DNA of 64,000 nt, taken from NCBI GenBank assembly GCA_016207665.1, contig JACQPG010000055.1, positions 35,184 to 99,183 of the forward strand, in the 5' to 3' direction. Position numbers and translations under genes: made by a program. The notes beneath the pieces are model-generated. The model was not told the origin of the DNA, searched no databases, and worked only from the letters and a program-made list of their open reading frames with translations. Shown piece by piece: positions 1 to 9,900 of this stretch (positions are counted from its first letter, which is position 1; the number at the start of each line of letters is the position of its first letter). Source of the stretch: Elusimicrobiota bacterium (lineage in GTDB: Bacteria; Elusimicrobiota; Elusimicrobia; UBA1565; UBA9628).

Positions 1-514
1 AGGCCTCCTCGGAGCCGCGTATCTCCGGCTCGGAGACTATCTCGATGAGAGGCGTGCCGCCCCGGTTGAAATCGACGAGCGAATGATCCAGCTCCTCGGA
101 GCCGATGGCATGGAGCAGTTTGCCCGCGTCTTCCTCCATATGGATGCGGTGGATGCCGACGCTCTTGCTCGAGCCGTCCTTGAGCGCGAACTCAAGCCGG
201 CCTCGAGTGGCGAAGGGCTGCTCGTACTGGGAAATCTGATAGGCCTTGGGAAGATCGGGATAGAAATAATTCTTGCGGGCGAATATGGAGACCTCGGCGA
301 GCTCGCACTCGAGCGAGAGCGCGGCTCTGAAGGCGAGCTCGACAGCCGCCCTATTGAGCACCGGCAATACCCCGGGTTGGCCGGTGCAGACCGGGCACAC
401 ATGGGTATTGGCCACGGCCCCGAAGGCGCCCGTGGGGCATGAGCAAAACAGCTTGGTCTTGGTGCCGAGCTGCACGTGCACCTCGAGCCCGACCACCATC
501 TCGTATTGCTTCAT
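1..514 (-). CDS. gatB: Asp-tRNA(Asn)/Glu-tRNA(Gln) amidotransferase subunit B, N-terminal part (gene runs off window start)
   Basis: Reverse-strand translation from ATG at 514: [23 protein letters not shown]...[21 protein letters not shown]...[12 protein letters not shown]...[12 protein letters not shown], the canonical GatB N-terminus. Missing from the ORF track because it is truncated by the window edge. Confidence 0.85.
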   Translation of the reverse strand, partial: MKQYEMVVGLEVHVQLGTKTKLFCSCPTGAFGAVANTHVCPVCTGQPGVLPVLNRAAVELAFRAALSLECELAEVSIFARKNYFYPDLPKAYQISQYEQPFATRGRLEFALKDGSSKSVGIHRIHMEEDAGKLLHAIGSEELDHSLVDFNRGGTPLIEIVSEPEIRGSEEA

Positions 515-530
515 CGAACGGGAACGATTT

Positions 531-956
531 CTAGGCGCATTTTTCGCTCAAACTAGGGAACAATCCCAGCAGTTTCAGATCGCTGGGGTATTTGAGGAGC
601 TTTTCGGCCTCCTCCGGAGCGGCCCAACGTATCTCCATGACCTCGACCGCGTCGGGCTTGCCCACGCGGCGCAACGGCCGCATCAAAAACCAATCCACCT
701 TCTTGAAGACGAGACGCCCCTGCCGTAAGAATCGATAGTGGGCCGTGAAGATAGGCCCTGCCTCGCCGCAGGGCCGGCACAGCCAGCCTGTCTCTTCCTC
801 GACCTCCCTCAAGGCGGTCTGGAGCGGGCTCTCGCCGCTTTCCAGATGCCCCTTGGGAAAGGTCCAAACCTGCTCGCCCTTGAGATTGCAGACCTTGACC
901 AGGAGCAGCTTGCCCGAGCGCGAAACCAGCCCACCGGCGGAGAACTCCCGAGCCAT
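531..956 (-). CDS. NUDIX hydrolase
   Basis: Nudix box [25 protein letters not shown] at 956 shares one base with the gatA stop (TGATG on the minus strand). Sits between gatA and gatB. Confidence 0.75.
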   Translation of the reverse strand: MAREFSAGGLVSRSGKLLLVKVCNLKGEQVWTFPKGHLESGESPLQTALREVEEETGWLCRPCGEAGPIFTAHYRFLRQGRLVFKKVDWFLMRPLRRVGKPDAVEVMEIRWAAPEEAEKLLKYPSDLKLLGLFPSLSEKCA

Positions 957-2422
957 CAAGCGACCTCCGCCAAGCCCGGAAAGGGCCTGGCCGCTTCCAA
1001 GGCCTTGGAGGCCCGGAAGAGCGTTCCCTCCCCGAATGCGGGCGCGATGAGCTGCAATCCCATGGGAAGGCCGGCTTTCGAAAGCCCGCAGGGTATGGAA
1101 ACGCTGGCGTTGCCGGCCATGTTCGAGGGAATGGTAAAGATATCGGAAAGGTACATGGCCATCGGGTCCTCGGTTTTTTCACCGAAGCGGAAAGCCGCAG
1201 TCGGCGCGGTGGGCCCGGCGATCAAATCCACCTTCCGGAAAGCCTGTTCGAAATCCCTTTTGATGAGAGTGCGCGCCCGCTGTGCCTTTCCGTAATAAGC
1301 CTGGTAATAACCCGAGCTCAGCGCGTAGGTGCCAAGCATGATGCGGCGCTTGACCTCGGGCCCGAAACCCTGGCCGCGTGTCCTCTCATAGAGCTCCTCC
1401 AAGCCTTGTCCCCCGGGGGCGCGGAAGGCGTAGCGCACCCCGTCGAATCGGGCCAGATTCGAGCTGGCCTCGGATGGCGCGATGATGTAATAGGTGGCTA
1501 TGGCGTAGCGGCTGTGCGGAAGCGAGACCTCCTCCACGCGCGCGCCGAGAGACTCGAGCGTCTCGATGGAGCCGCGGACCGAAGCTTCTACTTCGGGATC
1601 TAGCCCCTTGATGAAGAATTCCCGGGGCACGCCGATCCTCAAGCCTTCGATGCCGGCCTCCCAGCCCGAGAGGGCCTCTTCGACGCTCTTGTCGGCGGAA
1701 GTGGAATCCCGCTCGTCGCGCCCGCCGATGACCCGCAAAGCCAAGACTGAATCCGAGACCGTGCGCGTGAAAGGGCCGATCTGATCCAGGGACGAGCCGA
1801 AGGCGATGAGACCGTAACGCGATACCAGTCCGTATGTGGGCTTAAGGCCGACGATGCCGCAAAAAGCCGCCGGCTGCCGGATGGAGCCGCCCGTGTCGGA
1901 CCCCAGGGCCAGAGGACACATCGCCGCCGCGACGGCCGCGGCCGAGCCTCCGGAAGATCCGCCGGGCACGCAAGCGGTGTTCCAGGGATTGGCCGTCTTG
2001 AAGAAGGCGGAATTCTCGGTCGAAGAGCCCATGGCGAACTCGTCCAGATTGGTCTTGCCGAGTATCACCGCATCCTCGCGCTTGAGCCTCTCGACCACCG
2101 ACGCGTCGTAGGCCGCCTTATAGCCCTTGAGTATCCTGGATCCGGCAGTAGTCTCGAAGCCCTGAACCAATATGTTGTCCTTGACGGCCACCGGGACTCC
2201 GGCCAAGAGGCCGAGAGGGCGCCCGGCCTTCCTCTTTTTGTCCACGATCCGGGCCTGCTCCAGGGCGAAGTCCTCGAGCACCAGCAGGAACGCGCGGATA
2301 TTGGCGTCGATGCTCTTGATCCTCTCGAGATGGGAGGATACCGCCTCCTCAGCCGATAGCCGGCCTTCGCGGACCGCCCGCGCTATCTCTTCCACCGTGA
2401 GCTCAAAAGGCCGTTTCGTCAC
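956..2422 (-). CDS. gatA: Glu-tRNA(Gln)/Asp-tRNA(Asn) amidotransferase subunit A (amidase signature family)
   Basis: 488 aa. Amidase signature GGSSGGSAAAVAA...GSDTGGSIRQPA with Ser-cisSer-Lys context. GTG start overlaps the TPR gene stop (GTGA). Confidence 0.9.
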   Translation of the reverse strand: MTKRPFELTVEEIARAVREGRLSAEEAVSSHLERIKSIDANIRAFLLVLEDFALEQARIVDKKRKAGRPLGLLAGVPVAVKDNILVQGFETTAGSRILKGYKAAYDASVVERLKREDAVILGKTNLDEFAMGSSTENSAFFKTANPWNTACVPGGSSGGSAAAVAAAMCPLALGSDTGGSIRQPAAFCGIVGLKPTYGLVSRYGLIAFGSSLDQIGPFTRTVSDSVLALRVIGGRDERDSTSADKSVEEALSGWEAGIEGLRIGVPREFFIKGLDPEVEASVRGSIETLESLGARVEEVSLPHSRYAIATYYIIAPSEASSNLARFDGVRYAFRAPGGQGLEELYERTRGQGFGPEVKRRIMLGTYALSSGYYQAYYGKAQRARTLIKRDFEQAFRKVDLIAGPTAPTAAFRFGEKTEDPMAMYLSDIFTIPSNMAGNASVSIPCGLSKAGLPMGLQLIAPAFGEGTLFRASKALEAARPFPGLAEVA

Positions 2423-3447
2423 TGAAGGAACACCGTATCCTCGTCCAGGCCGCGCGGATCAGCGGGCCGTTCTTCAAGGGGCTCCGGTTTTTCCTCCGCC
2501 GTCCCTTGAACGTATTGGCCCTCGATGCGGTCGATCGCGGACTGTATCTGGTCGCGGCGGCTGGCATCCAGTTCCAGCGCCCGTTTCAGATCCTTGAGCG
2601 CGCCCGCCTTGTCTCCCTGGCGCAGCCGCGATATCCCTCGATTGGAATAAGCCAATCCCCGCTTGGGATTGAGCTCGATCACGCGGTCGAGATCGGACAT
2701 GGCCGCCCGGAAATCGCCCGCGAGAAAGCTGACGTTGGCGCGCAGATAGAACGCCTCCTCCTGGCGGGGCTGGACTTTCAGGAAAGCGTCCAGATCGGCC
2801 TTGGCGCGGGCATAGTCCTTCCGCTCGCGATAAGCCTTGGCCCTATAGAACCTGGCCCATGAGAAGCCGGGACGGACCTTGAGCACCCTGGAATAGTCCG
2901 CGATCGCGCCATCGAAGTCCCGCAGCCTGTCCTTGACCGAGCCCCGCACCAAAAAGGCCGTGGCGAAATCCCCTTTGATCGCGATAGCCGAGTCCAGGGC
3001 GCGCAAAGCGCCTTTAAGATCGCCTTGCGCGCTGAGAGCGCTGCCCCGGCCGAAATGAGCCTGCGCCGAACGCCCGTCCATGCCCAGGGCGCTCTGATAA
3101 TCACCGAGCGCCTCGGCATAGTCCTTCAAGACGAAACGAGCATGGCCGCGGGCCGCGAATGAATCCGCGCTGTTAGGGCGCAGGGATATGGCCTTGCGCG
3201 CATCCTGGACGGCGGCTTCCATGTCGCCATTGGTCCACAGGCACATGGAGCGCAGGCCATAGGCGGTTTTCCAATCCGGGTTATGGAGAATCAACCCATC
3301 GAAGACCTTCAGGGCCGCCGGAAAGTCCGCGCGCTCATAATGAGCCAACGCCCCGGAAAGCCGCCGAATATCCGCCGCATTCGGCGCGGCTACGAGGGTC
3401 GGAGCTTGGTTCATCATGCATCCCAAGATGACGATCATGACCCTCAT
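2419..3447 (-). CDS. TPR-repeat protein with N-terminal signal peptide
   Basis: Hydrophobic N-terminus MRVMIVILGCMMNQAPTLVAA followed by repeated 34-aa A/Y/G/L TPR-like units. Wedged between gatC and gatA with 4-nt overlaps at both ends. Confidence 0.7.
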   Translation of the reverse strand: MRVMIVILGCMMNQAPTLVAAPNAADIRRLSGALAHYERADFPAALKVFDGLILHNPDWKTAYGLRSMCLWTNGDMEAAVQDARKAISLRPNSADSFAARGHARFVLKDYAEALGDYQSALGMDGRSAQAHFGRGSALSAQGDLKGALRALDSAIAIKGDFATAFLVRGSVKDRLRDFDGAIADYSRVLKVRPGFSWARFYRAKAYRERKDYARAKADLDAFLKVQPRQEEAFYLRANVSFLAGDFRAAMSDLDRVIELNPKRGLAYSNRGISRLRQGDKAGALKDLKRALELDASRRDQIQSAIDRIEGQYVQGTAEEKPEPLEERPADPRGLDEDTVFLQ

Positions 3448-3731
3448 TCGATGACCTTGGGGACCTTGAAATACGGCCCCTCCCTCTCGGGCGCGTTGTC
3501 AAGCAGCCTCTCGGGTTCGCCAAAAGGCTTGGGCTCGTCCTCGCGCAATCTATTGACTGCCCCCAACACCGAGTTCGTAGGCGGGACCTTGTCGGTGTCC
3601 AGGGCCGAAAGTTCCGCCATGGAATCGAGTATCTTGACGAGTTGCGACTGGAAGAGCTTGATCTCTTCAGGGCCGAGGTCCAAGCGCGCCAACTTGGCGA
3701 TCTTGCGTACATCCTCCTCCTCGATGGCCAT
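3444..3731 (-). CDS. gatC: Asp/Glu-tRNA amidotransferase subunit C
   Basis: The track ORF 3444..4100 is an upstream over-extension. The conserved GatC sequence starts at internal ATG 3731: MAIEEEDVRKIAKLARLDLGPEEIKLFQSQLVKILDSMAELSALDTDKVPPT... (95 aa). Confidence 0.8.
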   Translation of the reverse strand: MAIEEEDVRKIAKLARLDLGPEEIKLFQSQLVKILDSMAELSALDTDKVPPTNSVLGAVNRLREDEPKPFGEPERLLDNAPEREGPYFKVPKVIE

Positions 3732-3736
3732 GGCTG

Positions 3737-5905
3737 TTAAGCGGGTTCCAGCGGGGCATACCTGACCAGCAGCTTGGTGGTGCGACCGTCGTCGAATCGG
3801 ACCGTGACCTTGGCCGCCTCGCCCGCTCCGGAGCGGTCGAGCACCGAGCCGCAGCCGAAACTGGGATGCTTGACCCGCATCCCGATCTTGAACACGGGAA
3901 AGCCTCTCGGGGTTTCGACGCCCAAGCGGGCCGGACGGCGCTGAGCCGGCAATTCGGCGAGCTCGGTGCTCCGGCGGCGTATCTCGGCCTCGAGGATGAA
4001 ACGCGACGGCAGATTGGCGTAGACCTGGCCAAAGATGCGGCGCGTGGCGGCGTAGGTCATCATCAGCAACTCCCTTGCCCGAGTGATGCCCACATAGCAA
4101 AGCCGCCTTTCCTCCTCCAGATTCTCGGGCGAAGAGCTGCCCGATCCGATGGGAAAGAGACCTTCCTCCAGGCCGGTCAGGAAGACCACCGGGAATTCCA
4201 ATCCCTTGGCCAAATGCACCGTCATAAGCGTGACTCCGGGAGCCTCGGGAGAGTAGGTGTCGATATCGGATTGGAGCGACACCTCCTCGAGATATTGGGA
4301 AAGCTCTATTTTCCGCCCCTCGATCTTGGCCTTCTCCTCGTATTCCTTGACCGCGTTCAACAGCTCTTGAAGATTATTGAGACGACCGGCGGCCTCGGGA
4401 TCGGAATCCACGGCTGCCTCCAACTCGGCCCAATAACCCGACTCCTCGAGTATCCGGGCCATGGCGCCGGCCGCGGACATTTGAGGCAAGGCCTCACGGA
4501 GCTTCTCGATGATCTCGACCAAGCCCGCGAGCGCCCTGCGGGCCGAGGCGGTCAGACCGGGGACCTTCTCCTGTTCCTTAAAGGCCTTCCATAGTGTAAT
4601 GCCGGTGGCTCGCGCGTAATCATCGACGCGATCCAGCGTCGCCTTGCCCACATGCCGCGCCGGGACGTTGACGATCCTCAGGAGGCTCGTGGAGTCGGCC
4701 GGGTTGAGCAGGACGCGCGCGTAGCAGAGGGCGTCCTTGATCTCCTTGCGCTCGTAGAAACGCACGGCTCCCACGATGCGATACGGCAGTCCCGCGCGCC
4801 GGAGGGCCTCCTCGAAGGAGCGGCTTTGCGCGTTCGTCCTGTAGAAAATCGCGAATTCGGACAGGGAACGTCCCTTGGACACGAGCTCCTCTATCCGTCT
4901 GACCGTCCAATTCGCCTCCTCCATCTCGTTGGGCGTTTCCTGCACCACGACCGCCTCGCCACCCTCGGCTCGGGTCCAAAGAGTCTTGGCCTTTCGAGCC
5001 TTGTTGTGGCTGATGACGCGGGTGGCGGCCTCGAGTATGATCTCGGTGGAGCGATAATTCTGCTCCAAGGTCACGACCTTGGCGTCCTTGAAATCCCGCT
5101 CGAACTCGAGTATGTTGCGGATATTAGCCCCGCGCCAAGAATAGACGCTCTGGTCATCGTCTCCGACCACGCACAGGTTGCGATGCTTGGCCGCCAATGT
5201 CTTGGTCAGCACATACTGGGCGTGGTTGGTGTCCTGGTATTCATCGACCAAAATATAGCGGAAATACTCCTGATAATACTCCCGGACGGACTGGTTCTCC
5301 TTGAGGAGCAAACAGGTCTTGAGCAGGAGATCCCCGAAGTCCAGGCAACCCGACTCCTCCAGGCGCTTCTGATATTCCACGTAGATGCGGGCCGCGGTCT
5401 GCCTGGCCGCATCCTCCGAGGTCGCGGCATAGATGGCGTAGGAAGCGCCGTCGAGCAGGTCGTCCTTGGCCCGAGAGATGAGGCTGGCGTACATGGCGGC
5501 CTTGTTGGTCTGCTCCTCGAGCCCTATCTTCTTCATCGAATCGACGACCAGCTTCTTCTGGTCGGCCTGGTCATAGATCGTGAAATGCCGGGACAACCCC
5601 AGAACCTGGTGATGCTGGCGGAGCAGGCGCGCCGCGAAGGCGTGGAAGGTGTGGGCCCAGACCTTGGCGCCGTGTCCCGGAGCCAATGCGTCGATGCGGC
5701 GGCGCATCTCGGCCGCGGCCTTATTGGTGAAAGTGACCGCCAGTATCCTCTCCGCCTCGACTCCAAAGAAGATGAGCTGGGCTATGCGATAGGTGATGAC
5801 TCGGGTCTTGCCGGTCCCCGCCCCCGCGAGAACCAGCAAAGGGCCCTCGGTGCAGAGGACGCCCGCCTTTTGTTCCGGGTTGAGAGACGTGAGATCGAGA
5901 GCCAT
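3737..5905 (-). CDS. ATP-dependent DNA helicase, UvrD/PcrA (superfamily 1) family
   Basis: 722 aa. Walker A AGAGTGKT, motifs Ia/II (VDEYQDTN), VGDDDQSVYSWRGA, helicase C-terminal motifs and a C-terminal Tudor-like tail. Confidence 0.85.
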   Translation of the reverse strand: MALDLTSLNPEQKAGVLCTEGPLLVLAGAGTGKTRVITYRIAQLIFFGVEAERILAVTFTNKAAAEMRRRIDALAPGHGAKVWAHTFHAFAARLLRQHHQVLGLSRHFTIYDQADQKKLVVDSMKKIGLEEQTNKAAMYASLISRAKDDLLDGASYAIYAATSEDAARQTAARIYVEYQKRLEESGCLDFGDLLLKTCLLLKENQSVREYYQEYFRYILVDEYQDTNHAQYVLTKTLAAKHRNLCVVGDDDQSVYSWRGANIRNILEFERDFKDAKVVTLEQNYRSTEIILEAATRVISHNKARKAKTLWTRAEGGEAVVVQETPNEMEEANWTVRRIEELVSKGRSLSEFAIFYRTNAQSRSFEEALRRAGLPYRIVGAVRFYERKEIKDALCYARVLLNPADSTSLLRIVNVPARHVGKATLDRVDDYARATGITLWKAFKEQEKVPGLTASARRALAGLVEIIEKLREALPQMSAAGAMARILEESGYWAELEAAVDSDPEAAGRLNNLQELLNAVKEYEEKAKIEGRKIELSQYLEEVSLQSDIDTYSPEAPGVTLMTVHLAKGLEFPVVFLTGLEEGLFPIGSGSSSPENLEEERRLCYVGITRARELLMMTYAATRRIFGQVYANLPSRFILEAEIRRRSTELAELPAQRRPARLGVETPRGFPVFKIGMRVKHPSFGCGSVLDRSGAGEAAKVTVRFDDGRTTKLLVRYAPLEPA

Positions 5906-5958
5906 GAGAGAGCCTCCGGCCCTTCATGGTCCGACAGGCGAATTAAATTATACCACGC

Positions 5959-6876
5959 CTAGAATCGAGCTCCGAGCGTCACCCTGTGGGTATGACCCAA
6001 GTCGCCGAACGGCACATAGGCGTAGTCGACCGCCAGGCGCTCGATGCGGACCCCGATGCCCGTCCCGAGGCCCGAGGCTCCTCCGAGCTGGTCCTGCGCG
6101 CGCCCCAGCTGGTAGCCCGCCCTGATGGCGAATTGAGGCACGATCCAATATTCGGTGCCCAGGCTGCCGTAGTTGCGCTTGTCGCGCACCCAATGGTCTC
6201 CATCGGCGGCGACGATCAGCTTGTCCCAGAGCCGGTAGGCCACGCCGTATTTCATCAGCAGCGGGAGCGGGTCGGGACCGAGCTTGTTGCCCAGATTCTG
6301 CACCGACAGGCCGGCCGAAAGCTCGTCGTTGATCTTATGCACCGCGCCCAAGTCGACGGCGAAGGCCTCCTCCGAGAAGCTGTCGAGCTTGACGTGAACC
6401 AGCTTCACCGAGCCTCCCAGCGAGAGCTTGTCGATGAAGGCGTCCTTGCGGGCATAGGACAGGGCCACGGCGAAGTTCCGGTTGCTGAAGGTCGAGTCCG
6501 GAGTCTCCGTGTCCCCGGCCCTCTTCTCGATGTCGGACACCTGAAGATAGTTCACTCCGAGGCCGAACACGTCCTTGCTCTCTCCCCTCACGGGACCGGC
6601 GAAGCCGATGAAGCCCTGGCTCTCGTCCTGGAACAGCTGGTTATAGCTGACGCTGACGCTTCTCTTTTCGAGCTGCCCCAGGCCGGCCGGGTTCCAATAG
6701 ATGCTATTGGCATCATCGGATATGGCGGCGGTGGCGCCGGCCATTCCCAGCGCCCTCGCACCGACTCCGACCTTAAGGAACGACGCTCCGGTCGTCCCGA
6801 CCCCGGCCGCCTGAAGACTAGGCACGGCCAGGGCCATCGCGGTCAGGACCGCGGCTGCGACAGATCGAAGGCCCAT
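5959..6876 (-). CDS. PorV/FadL-like outer-membrane beta-barrel protein (T9SS shuttle-like), paralog 1
   Basis: Start taken at internal ATG 6876, which has a perfect SD (AGGGAGGATGTTATG). Signal peptide MGLRSVAAAVLTAMALAVPSLQA. N-terminal signature ASFLKVGVGARALGMAGATAAISDDANSIYWNPAGL. Alternating beta-strand pattern and C-terminal ...THRVTLGARF aromatic end typical of OMPs. Lies 44 nt downstream of the giant CTD protein gene. Confidence 0.75.
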   Translation of the reverse strand: MGLRSVAAAVLTAMALAVPSLQAAGVGTTGASFLKVGVGARALGMAGATAAISDDANSIYWNPAGLGQLEKRSVSVSYNQLFQDESQGFIGFAGPVRGESKDVFGLGVNYLQVSDIEKRAGDTETPDSTFSNRNFAVALSYARKDAFIDKLSLGGSVKLVHVKLDSFSEEAFAVDLGAVHKINDELSAGLSVQNLGNKLGPDPLPLLMKYGVAYRLWDKLIVAADGDHWVRDKRNYGSLGTEYWIVPQFAIRAGYQLGRAQDQLGGASGLGTGIGVRIERLAVDYAYVPFGDLGHTHRVTLGARF

Positions 6877-6920
6877 AACATCCTCCCTTGGCTTTATCGC
6901 GCGTATCCTCGATAGAGTAG

Positions 6921-9900
6921 TCATTTAATCACCGCCATCTTGAAGGTGGCGTCCTTGGCCTTGACCCCGCCCATGGAGATAACGCCGTAATACACACCAT
7001 TAGCCACGTCCTTGCCGTCTCTCTGGCGGCCGTCCCAGGCGGCGTAGTAATAGCTGCCGCCCGATTGCTCGCCCTGGTCCAGCTCCTGGACCAGCTCGCC
7101 CGCCAGGTTATAGATGCGGATGTGGACGCGGCTGGAGCCGACCGATGACGGAACCTCGTACTTGATCACCGTGCCGCGCGTCGTCAGGCTCGTGGTCGCG
7201 CCACCGTGCACCAGGTTTACCGTCTTATCGCTCAAGTTGAACGGATTCGGGAAGTTGAAGACCTTGAATATGCTTCCCGAATAGGCCGCTCCGGTAAGCG
7301 ACGGCTTGAGTATGCCGAAGCTGCCCGATTCCACATGGCCGGCCACGTGCGACAAGGGATTGATCCTATGGCTCCGGCCGTCGAAGAGAGCCCTCATGGG
7401 GCTGCTCTGCACGCCGGACACCGAGGTCAAGCCCAGCACGCGGGCGCAGACCGTGCCCTTGATGGGATCCAGCGTCTGCTGTCCAGGCACAACCTCCCAC
7501 TTCCCGCTGACGCTATTGTAATGATGCACGGCCGCGTCGGTCAGGCTGGTCTGGTTTTTATCATAGGACAGACAGACCTGGAAGCCCTTGGCCGTGAAGT
7601 TGACGCTGGCGATGTCGAGCTGATACACGTCGCTGGCGAAGGCGGCCCGGCCTACGGTCCCCACGATGGAGGCGATGGTCGAGGCGTCGACGTCCACGTT
7701 CGACAAAGAACAGCTCGGTATGGCTCCGCTCGATATCGGCAGCATCGAGCCCGGCGGGATGGTGATGGCCGAGGCGTCGTTGCCGGAATCATCGATCGTC
7801 ACCTTGTTTTGAGCCCTGCCCGCGGCATCGGAGTCCGAATCGCCGAGGAGTTCGTCATCGATGTCCTTCTTGGCGCCGCCGCCATGGGACTTGCTGAACC
7901 TCAGGTCCTGAATCACGGGCCTCGGGCTATTCGGATTGGCGACAATGTGCATGTTGTAGATCACATTATCGGAGAGATCCGCCAGGGGAATGTTCAAGAC
8001 AAGCGAGCCGTCCACCTGCTCCTGCGCATCCATGATAGGGGTGGAAACGGCAACGCTAAACGGCACGGTAGCCTGGTGATACCACGCCTGGCCGTCGTCG
8101 AAGTCCCCGGGATTGGCCACCGTGCATTGGAACTTCGGCGGATTCGGCGCGCAAGTGACCTCGACACGAAGGGGCTTGGAGGCAAGCGTGAAGTCGATTC
8201 CCGCGGCCGGCGCGACCGTGCTCTGGGTAATCACGTATTTGCCTGGATATTTCACCGCGATCCTATAGGTGTTGCCGGGCACGAGATTATCCAGGCGATA
8301 GGCGCCCACCGAGCTGGTCTTCACACGGAACAACGGCAGCTCCGAGGTCGGGTTCTGGCCGTTGAAGGTGTCATCGTAGGCGATGATCTCCGCGTTGGGC
8401 TGGGTCTTGGCGAAGGGCAGCCTCTGCGAATAGACCGTCCCGGAGATCACTCCCGCGGCGGCCGTCAGCGAGAGGTTCTGCGTGAGGGTGCCTGTGCCGA
8501 ACACATCCTTGTTGGCCGCCGAAGGCGCGTAGCCGGAGGCTGAGGCCAATATCTTGAAGTTTCCAGGTGGCAAACCCGCCACCGAGTAGACGCCCGAAGC
8601 ATTGGTGGTCACGATTTTCTTTGGATAGTTCTCGGCCTCGATCGCCACCGAGGCGTTGGCGATGACCACGCTGTTGGTGGTGGTCACGACCCCGGAAAGC
8701 GTCGCTCCCGAGCCCACCAACTGGTCCAGGTTGAAGTTCAAGGTCGTGGTGGAACCATCCACGCTCATGGTGACCTTGGTCTGATAAGGCGGGTAGTTCG
8801 GCGTGGTCAGCACGGCCAGATAGGTCTGGCCCGGTATCAGGCCTCTCAATTGATACCCGAAGGCCAAGCCGCCGAAGGTCTGCTGGAAGAGGTTCCAGTC
8901 GTTGTTGGCCAAGGACTGATTGAGCTGCTCGTCCATGGCCTGCGTGAAATTCTGCGGGTTGGGCGTGACGAAACCCGCGGATTTTAGGCTGCCGCTGGCG
9001 TCGAACACCGAGATCAAGGGGATGAACTTCATGAAGTTATCGAAGTCTCCGCCCAGATTCTGGAAGTCGGCCTGCCGGAATATATTATTCGCGATCACCG
9101 TGCCCTGCAAGGTGACCTGGCCCAGCGCGTTTTGCGCCGGAGAGGGCGTGAGGTTCACGGGCACGGCCTGCACGGGCTGCCCGCCCTCGGCGAACACCGA
9201 GGCGGTAGCGCGCGCGCTGTCGATGATCACGTTCTTGCTCGAAGTGAGTATCGTCAAGAACATGTGGGTCGAATTCGCGTCTCCGGACATGAAATCGCCC
9301 TTGCGCAGCAGATACATGTCATAGATGCCGGGAGAAGGCATGCGCACCGTGCAAAACCCGCCGCTCGGACCGCAGTAGCCCTGACCCGGGGGATAGTAGT
9401 TGATGTAGTTGTCCCAGGCATCCAAAAGCTCGGTCAGCTTCTCTCCCTTGAACAAGGTGCCGGGTGGAACCGTCAGCACGGACCAGGTCTCGACGGGACG
9501 CGGCTCGCGCGAGCTGGTCACGAAACTGATGGGCTGGAGGCTCGCCGTGGCCACCGAAATGGCCATGTAGGTGCCGTCGACCAGCTTGAAGTCGGTGCTG
9601 GTGTCCTGATTGGCCACGATGGTCGCCTTTTGATTGGTGGTCGGATTGGCGTAAGGGAACTTGCCCCAGCCATACACGCGCATGCGATAGGTGCCCGGGA
9701 TCAGCCCGCCCAGGGTGTATTCGCCGGCGTCGGTCACCTGAGTCCAGCCGCCGCCTTCGACGTTGTCGCCGCTGGCGGAAAGCGAGGCGCTGGTGAACTG
9801 ATTGCCCGAGTTCTCGGGCTGCCACACCGTGCCGTCCGGCTTGAGCAATTTGCCGGTCAAACGGCCGGCGGGCACGAAATTCATGTCGAGCCGAGCCACC

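Noticed and set aside
3732-4100. Upstream 123 codons of the gatC track ORF
   Set aside because: Overlaps the UvrD-like gene in another frame. The conserved GatC sequence begins at the internal ATG 3731.
4652-5962. 436-aa plus-strand ORF opposite the UvrD-like helicase. The same rejection applies to 25379..26569(-), 34450..35763(-), 18254..19402(-), 20176..21417(-) and 62410..63855(+)
   Set aside because: All lie antisense to genes with strong family motifs and have skewed Arg/Gly/Pro composition with no recognisable domain.
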